A DNA stretch of 64,000 bases from Patescibacteria group bacterium (GCA_041659765.1 JBAZXR010000001.1:787338-851337), one strand, 5' to 3'. Counted from the first letter of the stretch, positions 48,557 to 58,609 are shown. Notes: generated by a model from the sequence alone, not told the origin. Program-made: numbers and translations.

Positions 48557-49552
48557 CTACTCCACGCACCCTCCAAACGTAAAGGCGAACATTCTCAGGT
48601 TCCCGCTCGCCGTTTTCAACTTTAGCGTTCCTTTATGATACATCTTCGCGTTCACGACGCGGTACATCCGCGCGTCCTTAACAACGAGCTCGGCAGTACC
48701 GTCCTTCGCGATGTGAACATCCGGACCGGCGAAGTCTTTGGGGATAGGCTTGCCATCAAGTTCGACGATAACCGTGGCCGTCTTCCCGTTTGTCGTGCTC
48801 ATGACAAGATTAACCGAAAAAGCATTATACTTAAGCGCTAGATATTCGTTCGGCGTCGGTAATGTCTTGGTATGTTCAACAAATTCGGAACCAATTTTCC
48901 AATGTCCGTGCAAATACGGAACATCGTCCTTCATTTCACCGATGGCCGTAAACGCCTCCTCCATGTCCGGCAAGTTCTCGCTCATGTTGCCAATGTGCCC
49001 GCGTAAATAACCGAGATAGGTTTCAGGAGTCGTTCGATAACAGACACTGCCGCCAACCGAATCATCGGGTCCGATCGCTGGCAAGTCTTTCGCGCCAGAT
49101 TCCAGCAACGCCTTCTGAATTTCATGCTCAGTCTGCGCATAGGAACCCTCGCCTGCGTGGTCGTAGACAATATTCCCCAGCTTATTGATGAGATATTTAT
49201 GCGGCCAGTAGCGATTTGCGAATAAGCTCCACACTTTATTATCAGGATCAAGAACCACGGAATACTCAATTCCTGCCTCGGCAATTGCAGCCTTCACATT
49301 CTCCTCAACCTTTTCAAATGCGAACTCCGGCGTGTGCACACCAATCACGACCAAACCCTTGTCCCGGTATGTTTTGTCCCACCGCGTCACATGCGGGAGC
49401 GTCCGTTGGCAATTAATACAGGAATACGTCCAAAAATCGATGAGTACTACTTTCCCGCGCAAATCCGCCATCTTCAAAGGCTTCCCGTTCAGCCACGTAA
49501 GGCCGAGAGGAAATTCTGGCGCCCGAGTTTTTGCGAATCGCTTCAAAAACAT
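48557..49552 (-). CDS. thioredoxin-fold thiol:disulfide oxidoreductase (TlpA/redoxin-like N-domain + C-terminal extension)
   Basis: VLIDFWTYSCINCQ CxxC motif. Confidence 0.6.
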   Translation of the reverse strand: MFLKRFAKTRAPEFPLGLTWLNGKPLKMADLRGKVVLIDFWTYSCINCQRTLPHVTRWDKTYRDKGLVVIGVHTPEFAFEKVEENVKAAIAEAGIEYSVVLDPDNKVWSLFANRYWPHKYLINKLGNIVYDHAGEGSYAQTEHEIQKALLESGAKDLPAIGPDDSVGGSVCYRTTPETYLGYLRGHIGNMSENLPDMEEAFTAIGEMKDDVPYLHGHWKIGSEFVEHTKTLPTPNEYLALKYNAFSVNLVMSTTNGKTATVIVELDGKPIPKDFAGPDVHIAKDGTAELVVKDARMYRVVNAKMYHKGTLKLKTASGNLRMFAFTFGGCVE

Positions 49553-49553
49553 A

Positions 49554-50258
49554 TTAGGAAGCTGCTATTCCCGTGTACGCTGAGACAAAATGTCCAATAA
49601 CGATGCCCAAAAATGCAGCAGCCAAAGAAACAAGCACCATTTCAATACCACTGCGAACCGGTTTCACATTGGCCACGCTCGCCTTCCAGAAACCAAGCAA
49701 GAAGAGAGCAACGATGGTAACTAAAATCGCTGATGGCAAAGCATAAATGATTGGCAGGAAGATGTACGGTGACAACACGAGTAAACCGCCGAACACATAA
49801 CAGATGCCCATAATAAACCCTGCAAAAAGCGGTGTACCGGAAGCCGAGGGAGAAAGCCTGAACTCAGAACGATGAGCTTCATCAAGCCAGAGCCTCCGTT
49901 CTCGACCTATAGCCTTAAGGGCAATCCCCATTTCGACTTTAGAAAACCCTTTTCGGATGAAAAAATCACGCAGAGACTCAGTATCCGTTACTCGTTCAGA
50001 CAGAACTCGAGCCTCATCCTGTTTAAATCGCTCGGTATAAACTTCAGTGGCTGCTTTTGAAGACAAGTAGCTGCCGGCCGCCATGGAAATTGCTTCAACC
50101 CCCACCAACACAAACCCGGAAAGAAGTACGATCGATGAATTTCCGCTGCCAACGGCAATGCCCGAAACCGCCCCCATAGTAGAAACAAAACTATCTTCAA
50201 GGCCGAAAACGACCTCGCGGACACTACCCGAAAGTATTTCCCCCAATCTAGAGCCCAT
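49554..50258 (-). CDS. VIT1/CCC1-family iron/manganese transporter
   Basis: Start at MGSRLGEIL; VIT-family N-terminal region + C-terminal TM helices. Confidence 0.6.
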   Translation of the reverse strand: MGSRLGEILSGSVREVVFGLEDSFVSTMGAVSGIAVGSGNSSIVLLSGFVLVGVEAISMAAGSYLSSKAATEVYTERFKQDEARVLSERVTDTESLRDFFIRKGFSKVEMGIALKAIGRERRLWLDEAHRSEFRLSPSASGTPLFAGFIMGICYVFGGLLVLSPYIFLPIIYALPSAILVTIVALFLLGFWKASVANVKPVRSGIEMVLVSLAAAFLGIVIGHFVSAYTGIAAS

Positions 50259-50354
50259 ATAGGAAGCAGTATACCTGAAGAGCAGTGGGTTAATGAGTAG
50301 GTTAATGTGTGGGTTGTGGCGTAGACCAGGCCTTCGTGCTAAACTCTCATTAAT

Positions 50355-50765
50355 ATGCACATCAGCGACCATTACACGCCTTTTGAAAAGAAAACCTTGA
50401 TCGTCGTGACAAATAACGAAAAGGCTCGCCTCTTCAAGGCTGAAGACCGAGACGTTGAGGAGATTGAATTAGTGAGTTCGCCTGAAACAGCCGAAACCGA
50501 CCGCGTCACTGAAATTGACGTGGACTTTGACCAGATGAAGATTAACCGTTTAAAGGAGCTCTATCACGCCCTTTCTAAGCGTTTACTAGAAATGATCGAT
50601 CACGAGGGCTACGAAACCATCGTCGCCTGCGTGCCAGAGGTGAACAAAACCCATTTCGCCTCAGACATGCACACCGATGTCCTGAAACACATCAGCGAAA
50701 CCATCCCCAAGAACCTGGCTAGCATGGATATTAACAACATTGTCCGCATCCTGGTTGAGGGTTAA
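50355..50765 (+). CDS. hypothetical protein
   Basis: 136 aa ORF. Confidence 0.4.
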   Translation: MHISDHYTPFEKKTLIVVTNNEKARLFKAEDRDVEEIELVSSPETAETDRVTEIDVDFDQMKINRLKELYHALSKRLLEMIDHEGYETIVACVPEVNKTHFASDMHTDVLKHISETIPKNLASMDINNIVRILVEG

Positions 50766-50769
50766 ACAA

Positions 50770-50803
50770 AAAAGACCTTCGAGAAACCTCGAGGGTCTTT
50801 TTT
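50770..50803. terminator. bidirectional rho-independent terminator
   Basis: agaccttcgagaaacctcgagggtct + tttttt. Confidence 0.6.
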
Positions 50804-52622
50804 ATTCTGGAAGGTAACCACCGGACTGCAACCTCCATAACTTTTCGTACAATCCGCCTTCTGCGAGGAGCTCATCATGTGTGCCGAGCTCGACGACTGA
50901 GCCTTTTTCGATCACGGCAATCTGTTCGGCCATGTATACCGTCGACAACCGGTGCGCGATGATGACCGTTGTTCTGCCCTTCATGGCGGAAGTGAGTGCG
51001 GCCTGGAGTTTGGCCTCTGTTTCGGAGTCGAGGGCGCTTGTAGACTCGTCGAGGATCAAGATTGGCGCGTCGGCCAGGAAGACGCGGGCTAGAGCGAGGC
51101 GTTGGCGTTCACCACCTGATAACCGAGCTCCACGTTCGCCGACAATGGTGTCGTAGCCGTTCGTCATCCTCGTAATGAACTCATGGGCCTGGGCTTTTTT
51201 ACAGGCGGCTATCACGTCGTCCTTGCTCGCCGAAGGTTTAGCAAACTTAATGTTCTCGAGAATTGATTCGTTGAACATGACGGTGTCCTGATGCACAACA
51301 CCGACTGACCGGCGGAGCTCGTCTATGTCTGCGTCCTTTACATTTACACCGTCCAAGAACAACGCGCCGGACGTTGGATCTAGGAAACGGTTAATCATGC
51401 GCACCAACGTACTCTTGCCGCCGCCGGACGGGCCGACAATGGCCAAGCTGGTCCCCGCTTTAACATGAAGCGAGACATTCGACAGTACGTCAGTGTTCGA
51501 GCCTTTGTAACGGTAGGATATTTTATCGAAAACTAACTCGCCTTTTGGTTCTTTGAGGTGAATTGGGCGAGCAATCTCGGCCACTTTACGTTCTGCGTAC
51601 CAATCATCTTGTAGGCGAGCAAAGGCGTTCTTTGTTTCGCTCGTGCGGCGCAGAATGTCAGCCAACAAGTAATCGAACGGCGCCAAGATGTACGTCATCA
51701 TGCCGAGAAACGCAACAAGAACGCCGAGTGAAAGCGAGCCCTCCGAAATAAATAAAATACCTGCACCGAGGGTTAAAAAGCGCGCTACAAAACGCGTCGC
51801 CGAGTTCAAAAAGTCGAGCGTTGTCCAAACGGTGTTAAGGCGAGTCTGTCTGACAAGGCCGACGTCGATCAGCGTAGCGTACTCGCGCAACATGCGTTTT
51901 TCTGCGACAAACGATTTAATCGGCACAATGTTCGCGACGATTTCATAAAGCTTACGAGACACATCCTCCCAAGCTTCATTCAATTGCTCTTGCCGCTTAT
52001 CCGCCCACCGATATGCGAAGATCGTCAGCGCGAGGAGAACGGGAACTGTCGCCAGTGAGATCAATGTCATGCGCCAGTCGAGAACGAGGCCGACGACAAA
52101 AAAGACGACGAACGTGACGAGCGTCGGCACAATGTCGACAACTGCGCGGGCTGCAATTTCCCATGAGGCTTCGCCGGCCCTGTCGAGCCGCTTTGCGAGC
52201 GCGCCCAGGGACACTCGTCCAAAACGTTCCGGGTCCCAATCGAGAATCCGTTTCAGCGCTACGTGCGAGAACTGATCCCACACTTTATTACCGGCTTTAT
52301 AGCTCAGCCACTGGCTAAACTCTTTTGCTGCCGCACCAAGAATGGCGGCGCCACCCCAAAGGAAGACAACGATAATGAGGCTCTCAAAAAGGCGTTCTGG
52401 TAGAACATTAGTCTGCCCAGAGAGAGAGCCAACTATCCCGTCCACGATCATTCCGTAAAGTAGGGGCTCTGCTACCTGGCCGATTGCCGCCAAAAGAATG
52501 AAAAACAAAATGCCGACGTAAAAACCGCCGGTCCCTCGGAACGAACCGCGGAGCATGCCCCACGCCTCCCTCCAGCCGAATTTTTCCTCCTTATTAGCCA
52601 TTACGGTTGAATTATAGCGCAC
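50802..52622 (-). CDS. ABC transporter, fused permease/ATP-binding exporter (MsbA-like)
   Basis: Six-TM ABC_membrane domain then GPSGGGKST Walker A, LSGGERQR signature, ILILDE Walker B. Confidence 0.8.
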   Translation of the reverse strand: MRYNSTVMANKEEKFGWREAWGMLRGSFRGTGGFYVGILFFILLAAIGQVAEPLLYGMIVDGIVGSLSGQTNVLPERLFESLIIVVFLWGGAAILGAAAKEFSQWLSYKAGNKVWDQFSHVALKRILDWDPERFGRVSLGALAKRLDRAGEASWEIAARAVVDIVPTLVTFVVFFVVGLVLDWRMTLISLATVPVLLALTIFAYRWADKRQEQLNEAWEDVSRKLYEIVANIVPIKSFVAEKRMLREYATLIDVGLVRQTRLNTVWTTLDFLNSATRFVARFLTLGAGILFISEGSLSLGVLVAFLGMMTYILAPFDYLLADILRRTSETKNAFARLQDDWYAERKVAEIARPIHLKEPKGELVFDKISYRYKGSNTDVLSNVSLHVKAGTSLAIVGPSGGGKSTLVRMINRFLDPTSGALFLDGVNVKDADIDELRRSVGVVHQDTVMFNESILENIKFAKPSASKDDVIAACKKAQAHEFITRMTNGYDTIVGERGARLSGGERQRLALARVFLADAPILILDESTSALDSETEAKLQAALTSAMKGRTTVIIAHRLSTVYMAEQIAVIEKGSVVELGTHDELLAEGGLYEKLWRLQSGGYLPE

Positions 52623-52648
52623 TATCTGTTACATTTCTTGGCGTTCAC

Positions 52649-52724
52649 GGCCGCGTGGCGAAGTGGTTAACGCGGGAGTCTGCAAAACTCTTATGCGCCG
52701 GTTCAACCCCGGCCGCGGCCTCCA
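52649..52724 (+). tRNA. tRNA-Cys (anticodon GCA)
   Basis: GGCCGCG...CGCGGCC acceptor, anticodon loop CTGCAAA, GGTTCAACCCC T-loop, CCA encoded. Confidence 0.85.
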
Positions 52725-52877
52725 CATATCCCCCAAATTTGGGGGTTTTGTGTTTTTACGTTACAACCGCGTACTTCACCTCGGAAGACGCGGCGACGAC
52801 GGAGCTAGAAAAGACCATCACGTACATGATCGCCGCACCAATCAAAGATGCTCCGAACTGACAGGCGAGCGAACACA

Positions 52878-52908
52878 AAAGGAGCCGCGACGCGCGCGGC
52901 TCCTTCTT
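52878..52908. terminator. bidirectional terminator hairpin
   Basis: aaaaggagccgcgacgcgcgcggctccttctttt. Confidence 0.5.
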
Positions 52909-53457
52909 TTATTTCACCTCAACCGTTGGTAAATCTGTATAGTGAGTTACAACCTTCGCGGATTTGATGATGGATTCAACATCCTGCGCGTCGCCTCCGT
53001 AGCTGAATGTGAAGTTGCCCTTTTCTGTCTCTAGATAATAGGTGTAGTTACCCTGATTACCAATCTGACATTCTCCGCCTGCCTCGCAAAGCTTAACACG
53101 AGAGAGACCGTTCTTCAGATCCTCGCGTTCTTTGGGCAGTGTCCGGTGAGAATCGAGCTGGGAAGCGCTGATCAGCGTGCCCTCAGTGACTGATCCCTCA
53201 GCGCACGGTCCGCCAGAGGTGAAACAGATCGGCTTATCAGTGCTCTGCAGATACACCTCTGTGTCATTCCGACGAACAGCCTCATTCACTGGCTTGATCT
53301 TGCCTTCTCCAGAGGCTTCATATGGGGTAACCATGACCCAACCCTTGGGAAGGTCAAAGGCCAACTGCCACTTGCCGTCAACGGGTTTGTTCGCGATTGG
53401 CAGACAACCAGCACCGACCAAGAGAAGACCGAGGAAACCAACAAGTATTTTTTTCAT
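52909..53457 (-). CDS. hypothetical lipoprotein
   Basis: MKKILVGFLGLLLVGAGC lipobox. Confidence 0.55.
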   Translation of the reverse strand: MKKILVGFLGLLLVGAGCLPIANKPVDGKWQLAFDLPKGWVMVTPYEASGEGKIKPVNEAVRRNDTEVYLQSTDKPICFTSGGPCAEGSVTEGTLISASQLDSHRTLPKEREDLKNGLSRVKLCEAGGECQIGNQGNYTYYLETEKGNFTFSYGGDAQDVESIIKSAKVVTHYTDLPTVEVK

Positions 53458-53469
53458 ATATTTGTATTT

Positions 53470-53543
53470 GCATCCACTCTGAGCCTTGCGAAGAGTCCGA
53501 CCCTCAGAGGAGAAAGTCGGATCCTTCGCTCTCGCTCAGGATG
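53470..53543. repeat. degenerate copy of the ~75-nt palindromic element
   Basis: catccactctgagccttgcgaag...cggatccttcgctctcgctcaggatgg shares both outer arms and inner arm fragments. Confidence 0.3.
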
Positions 53544-53557
53544 GGAACAGAAATGTT

Positions 53558-56419
53558 TTAGGGAATAATCACTGCCGACACGGGATCTCGTACGTAGACC
53601 TTCACGGGGGTGGATTCGAGCACCTGGCCGGTAGTGCTCGTGGCTTCAGCCTCCAGAGTGTAGTCGCCGGCTGAGGGTAATGTCCAGCTGATTGAAGAGA
53701 TGGAAGGGGGTGATGAAATCGCCCCGACTGGAACCGTGGTTCCAGTCAACAAGTTTCGAGCGGTCAAGGTCAGGCTTGAGTAATCGCTAGCATGAGGAAC
53801 CTCAACAATCACGGCGTAGGTGGGCGCGGAACGTTCAATCGTTTGTCCGTTAAACGGGTTAGTGATCGTGAAAGATCCCTGACTACCTGCCTCTAGAACA
53901 TTGATGATGGCGGTCGCCGTGGCGTTATTGTCTACGTCGTCATACACCGTGGCGGCAAACGAGTGACCGCCCTGCTTGACCCAACCCGGGAGCGTGATCG
54001 AAGCTCCGTTAGTTGAAAACGAGGTAGCAATATAGACGCCGTCAACCGTATATTCAACCCGGGAGAATGATCGATGAATCTCTACGGCGATCAGAGTATT
54101 GAACGTTCGGCCAAGCGCCAGATCATTTACCGGTGACATCATGGAAATGGCCGGCTTATTAGCGAGCGTATGCACGTCGTCGAGCTCGGTCGGCGCGGTG
54201 CAATTTTCCAGCGGTTTCTCGCCGTCCTTTAGTTTTGCATTATGGCGCGTTATGTAGTCGAGGAGATTTGCTTCCCAAACTTTATAGTTTGGATCATTTT
54301 CTGGGCGCTCGGGGATTGGGTCGGTTGGATGATCCTTGTCTACATAATGCAGGATGTCATGATAAGTTCCACAAATAACTTCTTTTCGGAAACGATCTGG
54401 TGTGAGCTCGGTGGCGAGCTTGCCGCTTGAAGTATCGATTGTCACTGGCGTACCAGTCATCTTGCCATCAAGCACATCTTTGCCCGTCTGCGGAATATCT
54501 GCCTTCGGGAAGCCCTCAACCGGCGTCCCGTTAAGCGCTGACTTCATGTACTGGTTCCAAATTGGCGCGGCGATCTGCGAGCCATCTGCCCGTTTCATCT
54601 TCGTGCCGTCAGCATTACCCACCCAAACGCCAGCTACAAGGGACGGCGTATAGCCCATGGTCCAGGCATCTTTATACTCATTGGTCGTTCCCGTTTTAGC
54701 GGCCACTGCACGCCCAGGCACAACTAGCCAATTATTTGAGCCAAAAACGTAAGAGCGAGCCTCGTTATCAGACAACACATTGCTCATAATCGCGGCCAGG
54801 TTTGAATCTATCACTCGTTCCCCCTGGTGCTCTTCGTCCTTCCATTCTTCGAGGACTGAACCATCAGCGTTTTCGACGCGAAGAATACCGGTCGGTTCAT
54901 GATACGTTCCACCGTTAGCAAACACTCCGTACGCAGCCGCGTGATCGATCAGTTTCACCTCGGCGCCACCGAGCACCATGGACAGACCAATCTTAGACGG
55001 ATCATTGAGCGTAGAGTAACCCAGACGCTTAGCAAAGCGTACAGCGTTGTCTATGCCTACCAAGTACAGTGTTTTCACCGCCGGAATGTTGAGCGAGCCC
55101 TGCAACGCCTTACGCATGGACACGGAACCGTGTTCGCCAAGGTCATAGTTCTTCGGCGAATACGGACCAGTTGGTGTAGCAAATGTGGTGTTGTCATCCC
55201 ACAAAAGCGTATTTGGCGTGTAGCCCTTCTCAAAGGCGGCCGCATAAATAATCGGCTTCATGCTAGAACCCGGCTGAAGTGGCTGAATGGTCACGTTTAC
55301 CTGTCCATCAATCTCGTTATTTGAGTAGTCCGGTGAACCAACCATGGCTAAAATCTGTCCGGTCTTTGGATCTAGAGAAAGCAAACCAGCGTCGGTAAAG
55401 TTATAGAGCTTACCGTTCTTCTCCACGCCGTCAGTCACAGCCTTTTCCGCTAACACCTCTTTGTCATAATCAAGAGTGGTGATGACCTTCAAGCCGCCGG
55501 TTTCTACCAGCTTTGTAGAATACTTATCTTCAAGGATACCCTTCACCCACAAAACAAAGTGCGGACCGACGCTAAGATTCGTCACCTTGGTCGTCAAAGT
55601 AGTGTCCTCTTTTAGAGCCACATCGGTTTCTTCGCGCGTCGCATAACCCAAGTCCACCATGCCATTTAATATCCAGTCGCGGCGCTCTTTTAGCAGGTCT
55701 GGGTTGTTAACGTAGGTGGTCGGCCGCTGAGGAATGGCGGCAAGCGTAGCGCTTTCTGCCAAGGTTAAGTCCTTAGCCGACTTACTAAAATACTGCTCGG
55801 CCGCTGCCTCAATGCCATAGTTCGCGGAACCATAAGCAATTTCATTCAGATACATCTGCAAAATCTGATCCTTGGAATAAATTTGTTCCAAGGCAACGGA
55901 TAAGATCAACTCCTTGAGCTTACGGATCAAACTCCGTTCATTCGTCAAAATAGCATTTTTCACCAGCTGTTGAGTGATGGTAGACCCACCGCCGCGCTGA
56001 CCAGCAAATAACACCGCGCGAGCAGTTCCTTTTAATGTAAATCCATGATGGGTATAAAACGCGCGATCTTCAGCGGCAATAGTCGCGTTCTTAACATAAT
56101 CCGGAATTTCGTCCAGTGTCACCAACGTGCGTTTACCGTTTAAAGCAATTTGATAGAGCAGGTGCGTGCCGGTTCGGTCATAAATCTTGGTCGATTGGGA
56201 GATATCCCTGTTAGCTAGCCCGTTTGGGTTAGGCAAATCCTTGGCATACCACGCGAACGTTCCAGCAATTACGATTATAAAAAATAAACAAAACGCTAAA
56301 GATGCTAAAAATACGTTCTTCAAGAGAGCCTTTTTATTTGTGTTGCGCCAAAGCTTCTTTAAGCGTTCGGGAACAGCTTTCAAACCTCTTTTAAGCTGTC
56401 CCTGGATAAATTTCTGCAT
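53558..56419 (-). CDS. class A penicillin-binding protein (glycosyltransferase GT51 + transpeptidase) with ~270-aa C-terminal Ig-like extension
   Basis: N-terminal TM; EDRAFYTHHGF and GGSTITQQLVKN GT51 motifs; transpeptidase SxxK/SxN/KTG pattern; 953 aa. Confidence 0.85.
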   Translation of the reverse strand: MQKFIQGQLKRGLKAVPERLKKLWRNTNKKALLKNVFLASLAFCLFFIIVIAGTFAWYAKDLPNPNGLANRDISQSTKIYDRTGTHLLYQIALNGKRTLVTLDEIPDYVKNATIAAEDRAFYTHHGFTLKGTARAVLFAGQRGGGSTITQQLVKNAILTNERSLIRKLKELILSVALEQIYSKDQILQMYLNEIAYGSANYGIEAAAEQYFSKSAKDLTLAESATLAAIPQRPTTYVNNPDLLKERRDWILNGMVDLGYATREETDVALKEDTTLTTKVTNLSVGPHFVLWVKGILEDKYSTKLVETGGLKVITTLDYDKEVLAEKAVTDGVEKNGKLYNFTDAGLLSLDPKTGQILAMVGSPDYSNNEIDGQVNVTIQPLQPGSSMKPIIYAAAFEKGYTPNTLLWDDNTTFATPTGPYSPKNYDLGEHGSVSMRKALQGSLNIPAVKTLYLVGIDNAVRFAKRLGYSTLNDPSKIGLSMVLGGAEVKLIDHAAAYGVFANGGTYHEPTGILRVENADGSVLEEWKDEEHQGERVIDSNLAAIMSNVLSDNEARSYVFGSNNWLVVPGRAVAAKTGTTNEYKDAWTMGYTPSLVAGVWVGNADGTKMKRADGSQIAAPIWNQYMKSALNGTPVEGFPKADIPQTGKDVLDGKMTGTPVTIDTSSGKLATELTPDRFRKEVICGTYHDILHYVDKDHPTDPIPERPENDPNYKVWEANLLDYITRHNAKLKDGEKPLENCTAPTELDDVHTLANKPAISMMSPVNDLALGRTFNTLIAVEIHRSFSRVEYTVDGVYIATSFSTNGASITLPGWVKQGGHSFAATVYDDVDNNATATAIINVLEAGSQGSFTITNPFNGQTIERSAPTYAVIVEVPHASDYSSLTLTARNLLTGTTVPVGAISSPPSISSISWTLPSAGDYTLEAEATSTTGQVLESTPVKVYVRDPVSAVIIP

Positions 56420-56508
56420 AAAAAAAAGCTCTTGCCGAGCATCATACCTGAGCGATAGTTTTTCGACAAAGTGTTCTGTTTAAACTTTGGCTAGGGTTAG
56501 CCATAAAA

Positions 56509-57084
56509 GTGCCATTTTTGCTTGACAAAAAGGCCATTTTCTGCTATACTAGACCTCTTATGATCAACACTCTCCGCCACATTCCTATCTACCTTAAGGC
56601 TTCCCCGGTTGAATCCGGTGTAGTAGCTGTTATGATCTTGGCGCTTGGCTATTTTGCCCTCCCCTTGAACGTAGACGCTACCACTAACCTTGGTATCAAT
56701 GCGGATAAAACCGTTGCCCTTCAGGTGGCTGCTATGCAGAACCAGACGAAGAATTTTGGTGCCTTGCCTGAAAACAAGGACCGTGACGGTGTTTCGGTGC
56801 GTTATATGCAGGTTTCTGCATACACGTCCCGTGTTGAGGAGTGTGATTCTACCCCGTTTATCACAGCGTCCCAGACGCATGTGCGTGACGGCGTAGTTGC
56901 CACCAACCAGCTCCCGTTTGGTACGCGTATCAAAATGCCGGAAATCTACGGCGACAAGGTCTTCATCGTTGAGGACCGTATGAATACGCGCTACAAGAAC
57001 AATATGGACATCTGGATGGATGATCTCGCTACTGCGCGCCATTTTGGCCGCAAGACGGTAAAGATCGTCGTCTTCAAGAAATAA
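56509..57084 (+). CDS. 3D-domain (MltA-like) cell-wall-associated protein
   Basis: VSAYTS...ECD...TAS...VA....PFGT......V.DR 3D-domain pattern; start uncertain (56509 or 56563). Confidence 0.55.
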   Translation: MPFLLDKKAIFCYTRPLMINTLRHIPIYLKASPVESGVVAVMILALGYFALPLNVDATTNLGINADKTVALQVAAMQNQTKNFGALPENKDRDGVSVRYMQVSAYTSRVEECDSTPFITASQTHVRDGVVATNQLPFGTRIKMPEIYGDKVFIVEDRMNTRYKNNMDIWMDDLATARHFGRKTVKIVVFKK

Positions 57085-57089
57085 CAGAA

Positions 57090-57118
57090 AAGACTCCCGA
57101 TTTCTCGGGAGTCTTTTC
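57090..57118. terminator. bidirectional rho-independent terminator
   Basis: aagactcccgatttctcgggagtctt + ttcattt. Confidence 0.5.
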
Positions 57119-57120
57119 AT

Positions 57121-58254
57121 TTACTGGCGGATCGGCATCACGATATACAAGTATTTCTCATCAGCTTGTTCATGTGGGACGAGGAGACAGGGGTTTGTGG
57201 CATCGATAATTTTTACGATTACCTTCTCGCTCGTCATGGCGTTGATACCGTCGAGCAAATAACGGAAGTTCAGCGTCACCGAGTTATCGATTCCCGTCAC
57301 GTCGCCTTCGACCGCAACGGTATGGTCGCCGCGGCCAGCATCTGTAGCCGAGAGAACGATCTCATTCACGCCCGCCTTTACTTCAAGCTTCACGTCGAAC
57401 AATCCCGCTTTCGAGAAAAGACTGGCGCGCTTTACGGCCTGGCCAAAAACAGTCTTGTTTACAATGATTTCCGTAGCGCTTGTCTTGGGGATAATCTGTC
57501 GATAATCGGGATAAACTCCGTCGATCGTCCGTGAAGAAAGTTCGACTGACCCGTAACGGAAAGCAACCTGGTTGTCAGTGATCTCGATCTCGAGTGTTTC
57601 TGGGATTTCGACCGCGTCGCGAAGGACACCGAAGATTCTGCGTAGCTCGGCCAATGTTCTGCTGGGGACAACTACCTTTCTTTCCCCCATGATATCCCCA
57701 GTTAAGGCAATCTGGCGCTCGCCGAGGCGGTAAGAGTCAGTCGCGGCAATTGTCAGCAGCTTTTTGTTGCCATCGAACTCCAAATAACATCCAGTAAGTA
57801 CCTGGCGAGCCTCGCTTGTCGACACCGAAAACAGGGTCTGTGCGAGTGCAGCATCAAAAGGAGCAACAGGAACAGTGAATTTTACCCCGCCGGTTACCTG
57901 AGGTACCAACGGAAACTCGCTTGGAGCTAAACCGTTGATCTTGGTCTTGGATGAACCACAAACAACAAGCAAAGAGGTGTCGAGCAGGTCGAGATCGACC
58001 CGTTCGTCCGGAAGTAATGAAACGTAATCTGCGATAAGTTTAGCGGGAACGGTGTATTCACCTGCTTGGTCGACCTTACTACGAACGGTACAGATCACCG
58101 TCATGTCGAGGTTTGTGGCCGTCAGCTTGAGTCCAGCCACTTCTGCCCTTAAGAGCACGTTATTCAAAATGGGAAGGTTCGCGCTCTTCCCGCTAATGTG
58201 ACTCACGATGGTCAGTCCCTGGTGGATGTTTTCTTTTGTACAGGAGAGTTTCAC
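57121..58254 (-). CDS. dnaN: DNA polymerase III beta sliding clamp
   Basis: 377 aa, three-domain collinearity with DnaN, immediately downstream of dnaA. Confidence 0.9.
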   Translation of the reverse strand: MKLSCTKENIHQGLTIVSHISGKSANLPILNNVLLRAEVAGLKLTATNLDMTVICTVRSKVDQAGEYTVPAKLIADYVSLLPDERVDLDLLDTSLLVVCGSSKTKINGLAPSEFPLVPQVTGGVKFTVPVAPFDAALAQTLFSVSTSEARQVLTGCYLEFDGNKKLLTIAATDSYRLGERQIALTGDIMGERKVVVPSRTLAELRRIFGVLRDAVEIPETLEIEITDNQVAFRYGSVELSSRTIDGVYPDYRQIIPKTSATEIIVNKTVFGQAVKRASLFSKAGLFDVKLEVKAGVNEIVLSATDAGRGDHTVAVEGDVTGIDNSVTLNFRYLLDGINAMTSEKVIVKIIDATNPCLLVPHEQADEKYLYIVMPIRQ

Positions 58255-58261
58255 AGGTGCT

Positions 58262-58501
58262 TCTGATATTTATATATAAGATAACTAGTAGTAACAGTGA
58301 GTCTGTGGATGAAGTGGATAACGCTTGTTGTCCCCGTCCCATTTGAGTTCCTGACGATTTCACCTGTGTGAAAAGTCTGTGAACAGCTGTGAGGACGTTT
58401 GGGATAACTGGCAGTAGTCTACACCATTTAACTCTGTCCCCGTTTTATCCGCAATCCTATCCCCAGACTTATCCATCCCCATATCAACAGACTTATCCAC
58501 A
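58262..58501. promoter_or_regulatory. oriC candidate part 1: AT-rich DUE-like stretch + DnaA-box cluster in dnaA-dnaN spacer
   Basis: ttctgatatttatatataagataactagtag (58262-58292); boxes ctgtggatg 58303, agtggataa 58313, ttatccgca 58443, ttatccatc 58468, perfect ttatccaca 58493. Confidence 0.55.
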
Positions 58502-58525
58502 TTATGTGCACCTCGGGTGGTCGAA

Positions 58526-58601
58526 ATCATCCTGAGGAGCTCTTAGCGACGAAGGATCTGATTGGTTGACCATTCAGATTCTTCGCTACGCTCAGAATGA
58601 C
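58526..58601. repeat. ~75-nt palindromic element, copy C (inside origin spacer, abutting dnaA stop)
   Basis: atcatcctgaggagctcttagcgacgaaggatctgattggttgaccattcagattcttcgctacgctcagaatgac. Confidence 0.65.
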
Positions 58602-58609
58602 TCAACGAA

